Positions 57,742 through 64,000 of a stretch of 64,000 bases of DNA are shown piece after piece. How positions within the stretch are numbered: position 1 is the first letter of the stretch; each line of letters begins with the position of its first letter. A model generated the notes under the pieces. That model made no database searches. It was not told the origin of the DNA and worked only from the letters and a program-made list of their open reading frames with translations. The position numbers and the translations under genes were made by a program. The stretch lies in IMG/VR virus record IMGVR_UViG_3300008108_000202. One strand, written 5' to 3'. The DNA is from an uncultured virus (IMG/VR IMGVR_UViG_3300008108_000202) (taxonomy: Duplodnaviria > Heunggongvirae > Uroviricota > Caudoviricetes).

Positions 57742-57769
57742 AAAACAAATATATGGAATTATTTTTAAA

Positions 57770-58006
57770 TTAGGAAATAATTTTAATCTCACTTTCGGTT
57801 TCAATAACAACTCTTGCACCACAATTTAATAATGGTTTTTGATCACCGCTACCACAATAGATTATTTTGCTAGGTCCAAGAATTTCAACCTCATTACAAT
57901 AGGTATTCTTTTTTCCTTCCTTAATTGTAATAACAGGAAGATCTGTATCCTTTGTCTTGTTGGATCTTATATGATGTTGATTAACGTGAATTCGTTTCTT
58001 TGCCAT
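57770..58006 (-). CDS. Hypothetical phage protein
   Basis: RIHVNQH.IR.N...CGARV. Confidence 0.75.
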   Translation of the reverse strand: MAKKRIHVNQHHIRSNKTKDTDLPVITIKEGKKNTYCNEVEILGPSKIIYCGSGDQKPLLNCGARVVIETESEIKIIS

Positions 58007-58245
58007 TACGTTTTTCTTATAACCATTTTAAATCCATTCATATCATTGAATAGATCATAAGTATTATAACGATTGTCATTTATAAAACCATAACCTTTAA
58101 ATTTGAAAATGATACAATCAGTATTATTATACCAACCATGAATGGCATTTGTTGCATAATCAATTGAGAAACTTCTAAGTTTTCCTTGATCAAATAATTC
58201 TTTCATTCCATCTTCAAATTCTTCCTTTGATATTTCAATGATCAT
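58006..58245 (-). CDS. Hypothetical protein
   Basis: 79-aa ORF. Confidence 0.7.
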   Translation of the reverse strand: MIIEISKEEFEDGMKELFDQGKLRSFSIDYATNAIHGWYNNTDCIIFKFKGYGFINDNRYNTYDLFNDMNGFKMVIRKT

Positions 58246-58424
58246 ATATAATAATTATCTTTCTTGTCAATTAACCATTCGGCAACTTCCATTTCTTTTG
58301 CCAATTTTTCTGTACCAAAAACTCTAATGAATTCCATTTTTAATTTCACGGGTATTTTGATCATCTTTATATTACCATCTTTTGCTTCAACCCAAATGTT
58401 TAAATTTTTCTTGCTAAATTTCAT
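58242..58424 (-). CDS. Hypothetical protein
   Basis: 60-aa ORF. Confidence 0.6.
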   Translation of the reverse strand: MKFSKKNLNIWVEAKDGNIKMIKIPVKLKMEFIRVFGTEKLAKEMEVAEWLIDKKDNYYI

Positions 58425-58436
58425 AATTTGTTTTTT

Positions 58437-58757
58437 TTAATAACCATTTAAAGAAATGACAACACCTCCCATTAATACAACACAACCTGAAATAATTGCA
58501 GCAGATCTACCTCCTTGTTGGAAGAATGGTTTCTTTTCCGTAGTGGATCCGCCTACATAAAATGGTGTAGTCAATGCCCCTGCTACAATAAAACTTGCTC
58601 CACCTAACACCATAACCGGGCCTACTCGAACATCTCTACTATTATCCAAAATATTAGATTTGTTTAAGTGAAGGTTAATGGTTTGTTTTGGTGGCGCAAC
58701 TTGTGAGAATGCACTTGTGGAAAGTGCTAGTGCTAAAGATAAAACTAATTTTTTCAT
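58437..58757 (-). CDS. Signal-peptide membrane protein
   Basis: MKKLVLSLALALSTSAFSQ; two Gly-rich hydrophobic helices. Confidence 0.72.
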   Translation of the reverse strand: MKKLVLSLALALSTSAFSQVAPPKQTINLHLNKSNILDNSRDVRVGPVMVLGGASFIVAGALTTPFYVGGSTTEKKPFFQQGGRSAAIISGCVVLMGGVVISLNGY

Positions 58758-58866
58758 ATAACTTATGTTTTTAATTTTTAAAAAAACAGGCTTTGCCTAC
58801 CTGTGGTGAGTTCCAAACTTACATCGGATACAAATCCTCAAAGAGGGAAACAAGGGATCCTGTATG

Positions 58867-59553
58867 TTAATTTGATAAAGGTGCTTTAATTGTTGGGTGT
58901 GATTGGTAATCTATTAGTTTTATTAAACTATGGTCTAATTCATCAAATGGAACAGTAAACCCATCTGTTCTTCTCATATCACCACATATCATTAGTTTTG
59001 GTAAGGGATATGGTTCTCTTGTTCTTCCAACCACTATTTGTTTTTTAATACCTTCATTCATAGGACCATTTGGGTACAGTGTTGGGGATTCTTCAAATAT
59101 AGGTTGTCCAATCTGTTCCTTGGCTTGTTCAATGTGATTCAAGTATAAATGCGTATCACCTAAATTACCAATCAATTCATCAGGAACCATATTAACTTGT
59201 TTTGCAATGATTTCAAGTAGTAAACCATAAGATGCTATATTGAATGGTAAACCTAAGAATGTATCTACTGAACGTTGATTCCACATTAAAGAGATTGCTC
59301 TTTTTGGGATGTTATACCAACTAAAATTATCTTTTGGCAATTCATATTCATCCCATTCACCAGGATACGTTTTCTTAAAGTATTCAACTCTTTCATCAAA
59401 ACTCAACTCTCTTGTATAAACTTGAAATCCATAGTGACAAGGTGGAAGAACCATTTTTCCTTCTGTGATATGTTTTCTTCCGTATCTATTATTAAAATCT
59501 TTATCTGTTTTTAGTTTTTCTAAAAACTCTTCTTTTGTTAATTTTTTATCCAT
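58867..59553 (-). CDS. thyA: Thymidylate synthase, C-terminal half
   Basis: LPPCH catalytic motif, QRSVD, LGLPFNIASY, GDTHLY.NH. Confidence 0.9.
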   Translation of the reverse strand: MDKKLTKEEFLEKLKTDKDFNNRYGRKHITEGKMVLPPCHYGFQVYTRELSFDERVEYFKKTYPGEWDEYELPKDNFSWYNIPKRAISLMWNQRSVDTFLGLPFNIASYGLLLEIIAKQVNMVPDELIGNLGDTHLYLNHIEQAKEQIGQPIFEESPTLYPNGPMNEGIKKQIVVGRTREPYPLPKLMICGDMRRTDGFTVPFDELDHSLIKLIDYQSHPTIKAPLSN

Positions 59554-59562
59554 AACTTACTT

Positions 59563-59982
59563 TTATTTTACTATAATATCATTCAAATGAATTGAACGAC
59601 CATCACACTCCGTTTTTACATATACGTAAGAAAATATGTTACGTTCAACAGGTGCGGAACTTAGGTACCAGTTACCGATTACAAAATTTCTTTTACCGTC
59701 ACCAAATGACATATTTTGTTGTATTGTAATTTTATTACCAATTCTATATTCCTGTTCAGTTACAGTTGATTTAAAATAAATCTCATTACTATCATCTAAC
59801 AATAGTTCATAGGATTCTCTACCATTACCAGTAATTAGTTCCCAGTCACTACTACCTATCACCATTAATTTTGGTAATTTATTTTCTTCTGAGGGGCATT
59901 CGTCATTTAAGAAATGAAAGTAATCACCTTTTTTAATTACTAAATCCTCTGTTTTTTTGTGTTTGTAGATAATTTTACTCAT
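59563..59982 (-). CDS. Hypothetical protein inserted between thyA halves
   Basis: 139-aa ORF, no recognisable nuclease motif. Confidence 0.7.
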   Translation of the reverse strand: MSKIIYKHKKTEDLVIKKGDYFHFLNDECPSEENKLPKLMVIGSSDWELITGNGRESYELLLDDSNEIYFKSTVTEQEYRIGNKITIQQNMSFGDGKRNFVIGNWYLSSAPVERNIFSYVYVKTECDGRSIHLNDIIVK

Positions 59983-60009
59983 AATTCCAATTTTTAAAAT
60001 TTTTGTTTT

Positions 60010-60714
60010 CTACTTAAAATTCTTTAAATAATCTTGATAAAGTTCATCATCAGTTCTATAATCAGTAACAGGTAAATCTGCTACATTCCACGCATTAACC
60101 ATCAAACGTCTTGAGTCTGGGTTTGTTTTAAGGTCGTGGATTAGGTTTGATATTTGGTCTATTGATTCAATATTCCATTTTAGCATCGGTCTTTCTGGGT
60201 GAGATGGGTCTACTATATCGCTGGTCTCCCATTTAATATTTAACCAATCTCGCCATTGCTTACCATATATTCTACCTAACTCACCCCACTTGTTAGCAAA
60301 CTCATTATCTGTTTTTATTTTGTTGATGAATTCTTCTTGTGTGTAAAGAGAATATTCTTCGTTAGTAAAAAACCCATCAAAAGATTCTTCTAATTTTAAC
60401 CATTTTCTACTAAAAGTACCTTCATCAGCATTTTTACAATAGTTCTTATAAGCATCACCATCCCAGATATGACAATTGTTATCAACTAAGTATTTGATAT
60501 TTGTATCACCACGTAAGAACCATAACAATTCTGTTACAATTCCTTTCCAATACATTTTCTTTGTTGTGAGTAAAGGAAATCCTTCTGACATCTTATGACG
60601 GATCTGCTTTCCGAATATGGATAGGGTTCCTGTACCAGTGCGATCATCCTTACGAACACCATTGTCTAGGATGTCTTGTAGGAGTGCTTGGTATTTTTTA
60701 TCTAGTGTGTTCAT
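60010..60714 (-). CDS. thyA: Thymidylate synthase, N-terminal half
   Basis: DRTGTGT, FPLLTTKK, ELLWFLRG, YGKQWR, NPDSRR..NAWN. Confidence 0.9.
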   Translation of the reverse strand: MNTLDKKYQALLQDILDNGVRKDDRTGTGTLSIFGKQIRHKMSEGFPLLTTKKMYWKGIVTELLWFLRGDTNIKYLVDNNCHIWDGDAYKNYCKNADEGTFSRKWLKLEESFDGFFTNEEYSLYTQEEFINKIKTDNEFANKWGELGRIYGKQWRDWLNIKWETSDIVDPSHPERPMLKWNIESIDQISNLIHDLKTNPDSRRLMVNAWNVADLPVTDYRTDDELYQDYLKNFK

Positions 60715-60937
60715 TCAATATTCCTTTTAATCGTTTAATTTCCTCAATTACATCATCACCCAATTCAATCTTGGACATCATTGATAAGTCCACAACTTGT
60801 GAGTACAACAGATCAATTAGTTCCTGTTGTGTTTTGATTATTTCTTGTTCATTCATACCATTATCCATAGGTTTCATACATTCTCCTGTACAACTATCAC
60901 CGCAGTTGTACATACATCCATTTGTTCCTTTATTCAT
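60698..60937 (-). CDS. Hypothetical protein with Cys-rich N-terminus
   Basis: CMYNCGDSCTGEC. Confidence 0.65.
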   Translation of the reverse strand: MNKGTNGCMYNCGDSCTGECMKPMDNGMNEQEIIKTQQELIDLLYSQVVDLSMMSKIELGDDVIEEIKRLKGILNEHTR

Positions 60938-61229
60938 AACTTTCTATTTTTTTATTGTCTCTGTAAAATTCCTTAATAAGATTACACATTTCAGTTTGTT
61001 CTGTGATGTTTACTCTAGTCGGATTTCTATTTATTGATTCCAACCTCAATTGATAAACCTCATCCTCATTCAAATCACTCAATAAGTAGTAATCGGCCAA
61101 ACCAAAGTACAACGATATATCATATTCGTTTATATCAAAATGTATGTCATCAACATCAAATGTGAAATACTCATTAACTTTTGGTTTATTATTCCAAAAT
61201 ACTTCATTAACCTTAAATAACCAAATCAT
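60930..61229 (-). CDS. Hypothetical protein ending IESYE
   Basis: 99-aa ORF. Confidence 0.65.
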   Translation of the reverse strand: MIWLFKVNEVFWNNKPKVNEYFTFDVDDIHFDINEYDISLYFGLADYYLLSDLNEDEVYQLRLESINRNPTRVNITEQTEMCNLIKEFYRDNKKIESYE

Positions 61230-61243
61230 AATATTCTATTGTT

Positions 61244-61420
61244 TTAAAAATTTTTAATTAATTCTATTAAAGCCACTAATAATCCCCAAATTCCTACAAT
61301 CGAAACACCAATCAATATTATTACTAATATCTTTGGATTTATATACAATAATGTACCTACTGCTATTAAAATTAAGGTGGCAATTACCTTAGAATTTTTT
61401 ATTAAATCATTAATTTTCAT
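61244..61420 (-). CDS. Small two-TM membrane protein
   Basis: 58 aa, MKINDLIKNSKVIATLILIAVG... Confidence 0.55.
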   Translation of the reverse strand: MKINDLIKNSKVIATLILIAVGTLLYINPKILVIILIGVSIVGIWGLLVALIELIKNF

Positions 61421-61426
61421 AACTTT

Positions 61427-61627
61427 CTATTTTTTAAAGTAATTTATTCTGGATTTTGGAAGTGGGTGTTCATTACCTTTACTATCCCTTAGAAGATATA
61501 ATCCTCCTTTTGTTTTTTTAACAATAGTGAACACTTCATCAGAAGGATAACTTCTCCAAGGTTGAGACATTCTAAGATCCCGACCAAAATCTATTGTGGT
61601 TTCTTTTCCGATATATTCATCATTCAT
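61427..61627 (-). CDS. Hypothetical protein
   Basis: 66-aa ORF. Confidence 0.65.
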   Translation of the reverse strand: MNDEYIGKETTIDFGRDLRMSQPWRSYPSDEVFTIVKKTKGGLYLLRDSKGNEHPLPKSRINYFKK

Positions 61628-61633
61628 AACTTT

Positions 61634-61894
61634 CTATTGTTTTGGTGTTATTGTTATTGGATTATTTTTCCAAAATTCTTTACCCTCTATACTATTATTA
61701 AAGAACATAAAAAATTCTCCATACTTACTTTTTATTTTTTCCATTTTTTCAATGTTAATTTCATCACTATCTCTAAAACTTACAGAAATATTATTAAATG
61801 GATGTAACACCCCATCAAAATCTTTATATGTGTATCCTAATAGAGCAACTGGTAGTTTGCACTCACCTTTTATTTGTTGGTAAATTTTATTCAT
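61634..61894 (-). CDS. Hypothetical protein
   Basis: 86-aa ORF. Confidence 0.65.
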   Translation of the reverse strand: MNKIYQQIKGECKLPVALLGYTYKDFDGVLHPFNNISVSFRDSDEINIEKMEKIKSKYGEFFMFFNNSIEGKEFWKNNPITITPKQ

Positions 61895-62222
61895 AACTTT
61901 CTATAGTTTCGTTTTGATATTTTGTTGTGATTAGTTTGGTTGGTGCTTCATCTTCAACAACCTCCCTTATGTGGTCGTGTTCTAAATTACCAACCAATAA
62001 ATCATATCCTTTATTATCTTGTAACCATTTTGCTCTTTCTTCTAAACTCAACTCTCGTTCTTGAATTTTTAGTCCCCACTTTTCAGAGAACTCAGGATCC
62101 GTTTTACATTTGTTGATGAATTCTTCTTTAGTCCAAGCAGTATCTTTATACAGAATATGATTTTTTTCTCTATAACTCTCATACGCCTCATCAATAATCT
62201 GATTGTATCTTTCTTTACTCAT
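61887..62222 (-). CDS. ThyA-insertion-like family protein
   Basis: KEEFINKCKTDPEFSEKWGL..RELSLEER..PTKLIT. Confidence 0.8.
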   Translation of the reverse strand: MSKERYNQIIDEAYESYREKNHILYKDTAWTKEEFINKCKTDPEFSEKWGLKIQERELSLEERAKWLQDNKGYDLLVGNLEHDHIREVVEDEAPTKLITTKYQNETIESYE

Positions 62223-62403
62223 AACTTTCTATTTTATATCTTATATCTGTTCTATATTCATGTCTATCATAATAAGGCCAAATCATCTGACCTTCTTCAG
62301 TTTCTTTAAACATTATTTCTATTTGAAAAGAATCTAACTGATACATATCTTCAGTAAACCATTGATATCCATTGGAAAAATATCTTATTTGTTTCTTACT
62401 CAT
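62215..62403 (-). CDS. Hypothetical protein ending IESYE
   Basis: 62-aa ORF. Confidence 0.65.
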   Translation of the reverse strand: MSKKQIRYFSNGYQWFTEDMYQLDSFQIEIMFKETEEGQMIWPYYDRHEYRTDIRYKIESYE

Positions 62404-62809
62404 AACTTTCTATTGTTTCGTTGTTATATGTTAGTGTGATTAGTTTGGTTGGTATGTTATTTCTATCCCAAGATTCAACCGTCATGGGTGATACAAACTC
62501 AGAATCATACTTAGCCAATTTTCTTCTTTCTTCCAAACTCAACTCTCGTTCCTCAATCTTTAGTCCCCACTTTTCAGAGAACTCTGGATTGATTTTACAA
62601 ATATTAACGAACTCTTCTTTTGACATCTTTTTACCTGTACCAGGAATACAATCTTTCTCAAAATTCTTATACACCTCATCAATGATCTGATTGTATCTTT
62701 CTTTTGATGTGATGTATTTATTAACAATTCTCTCAATCCCGATTGAGGTGTACCCAAGTTTTTTGTCTTGATTAACCCAAGTCATAAAGTCCAATAATTC
62801 TTTATTCAT
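62396..62809 (-). CDS. ThyA-insertion-like family protein
   Basis: Paralog of 61887..62222. Confidence 0.8.
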   Translation of the reverse strand: MNKELLDFMTWVNQDKKLGYTSIGIERIVNKYITSKERYNQIIDEVYKNFEKDCIPGTGKKMSKEEFVNICKINPEFSEKWGLKIEERELSLEERRKLAKYDSEFVSPMTVESWDRNNIPTKLITLTYNNETIESYE

Positions 62810-63191
62810 AACTTTCCAGTGTTTCTTTGTTGTATGTTAGTACTGTTAGTTTGGTTGGGATGTTTTGTTGGTCTAACTCAAAATCTTTCCAATCAGATTT
62901 CATAAAAGGGTTATTACCATTTAAATGAATTTTAAACCACTCATTTCTTTCTTGGGTACTCAACTCTCTTTCCTCAATCTTTAATCCCCACCTTTCAGAG
63001 AACTCAAAACCTGACTTACATTTGTTGATGAACTCTTCTTGTGATAATAATCTAGGGGTTGCATGGTAAATAGGTCCTTCTACAACTATAATGTCTTTAT
63101 TGATTTCTAAATTAAGATTTAATCCTTTGGTTTTATCAATAAAATTCTTATAAACCTCATCAATAATCTGGTTGTATTTTTCGTTATTCAT
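62802..63191 (-). CDS. ThyA-insertion-like family protein
   Basis: Paralog of 61887..62222. Confidence 0.8.
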   Translation of the reverse strand: MNNEKYNQIIDEVYKNFIDKTKGLNLNLEINKDIIVVEGPIYHATPRLLSQEEFINKCKSGFEFSERWGLKIEERELSTQERNEWFKIHLNGNNPFMKSDWKDFELDQQNIPTKLTVLTYNKETLESYE

Positions 63192-63192
63192 A

Positions 63193-63555
63193 TTACCATC
63201 TATTTTGTTTCCATTTATCATCACCCTGATCTTCCAACTTTCTAACGATACTTAAGGCTTCTTGTGCAGTTGGTGTTTTAACATCAAAATCATAAGCAAT
63301 TCTACCGACAGAATAAACTAAATACTTGAGGTATTTTCTTTCTAATTCAAGTGTATGTTCAGAATCATAAGGTATTTTCATTGCAGAATTGTCATCAGAA
63401 AAATATAAAGACATATAAAAAGGGTTGACAATATCTAATAATTCCGTAAACCATTCTTTTGATACCCTTTCAAATGTTTTTCTACTGGCTGATGTAATCC
63501 AGGTATTGGTACTACTCCATTCCTCTTTTGTTAATGTTATTGATATTTTATTCAT
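63193..63555 (-). CDS. Hypothetical protein
   Basis: 120-aa ORF. Confidence 0.7.
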   Translation of the reverse strand: MNKISITLTKEEWSSTNTWITSASRKTFERVSKEWFTELLDIVNPFYMSLYFSDDNSAMKIPYDSEHTLELERKYLKYLVYSVGRIAYDFDVKTPTAQEALSIVRKLEDQGDDKWKQNRW

Positions 63556-63907
63556 ATGTCTCTATTGTTTCGTTGTTGTATGTTAGTGTGATTAGTTTGG
63601 TTGGACCAGGTAAGCTTTGTAATATAGTCATTAAATTAGATTCAGACAACTTATCTATATCTATTATCTTGGATTGATGTTTGGGATTGTAGTTTTGTTT
63701 TTCTAACCAATTATTATAAGCATGTGCTTGTTCCTTTAAGGATAACTCTCGTTCCTCAATTTTCAATTCCCACTTTTCAGAGAACTCAGGATCTGTTTTA
63801 CATTTGTTGATGAATTCTTCTTTAAGTAGAAAAGTAAGGTACATCACATGCTTATTTTCTTGATGGTACTTTTCATACACCTCATCAATAATCTGTTCTT
63901 TATTCAT
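63548..63907 (-). CDS. ThyA-insertion-like family protein
   Basis: Paralog of 61887..62222. Confidence 0.8.
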   Translation of the reverse strand: MNKEQIIDEVYEKYHQENKHVMYLTFLLKEEFINKCKTDPEFSEKWELKIEERELSLKEQAHAYNNWLEKQNYNPKHQSKIIDIDKLSESNLMTILQSLPGPTKLITLTYNNETIETYE

Positions 63908-64000
63908 AACTTTTGTTTAATTTTTTCATATGATTTTTCTAAAGTGGAAAGTAGTTGTTCAACGGCATTTTCTCCTTCTCCAATAGCAATTTCTTCGTTA

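Noticed and set aside
59554..60009. Group I intron or intein in thyA
   Set aside because: Interval is almost fully an AT-rich ORF with no visible intron core or homing-nuclease motif; no intein C/S start or HN end; both halves have own start and stop. Not excluded without RT-PCR.
5301..62757. Numerous short antisense or alternate-frame ORFs inside longer genes
   Set aside because: Fully overlapped by better-supported genes; composition typical of reverse-frame translation.
1..64000. Stop-codon reassignment
   Set aside because: Long conserved genes read through in code 11, TAG and TGA end genes at sensible positions, and no suppressor tRNA is seen.

Overview
AT-rich segment of a large (jumbo-type) bacteriophage genome, most likely infecting Bacteroidota (TAnnTTTG promoter elements, DUF6576-like motif, Bacteroidota-type anti-SD complement). 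It contains: (i) a minus-strand tRNA cluster (13 tRNAs in the window, several structurally atypical) with two HNH endonucleases, a pseudoknotted ncRNA candidate and an apparent leader-peptide transcription attenuator at its head; (ii) more than 35 genes sharing short N-terminal leaders ending in (I/L)-x-E (MKIIITE.., MNLQESIRRILREE, MKKIVKLTE..IVRRVINE) fused to highly variable cargo domains, resembling capsid-targeting/protease-cleaved propeptides; (iii) metabolic and host-like genes (guaC, acyl-CoA thioesterase, SlyD-like PPIase, ferritin-like, DNA methyltransferase, metallophosphoesterase); (iv) a two-cassette integron-like attC array; (v) a mostly non-coding candidate origin region; (vi) a thymidylate synthase split into two genes, next to four small paralogs built from ThyA insertion segments. 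All calls are by eye; no database searches were run.
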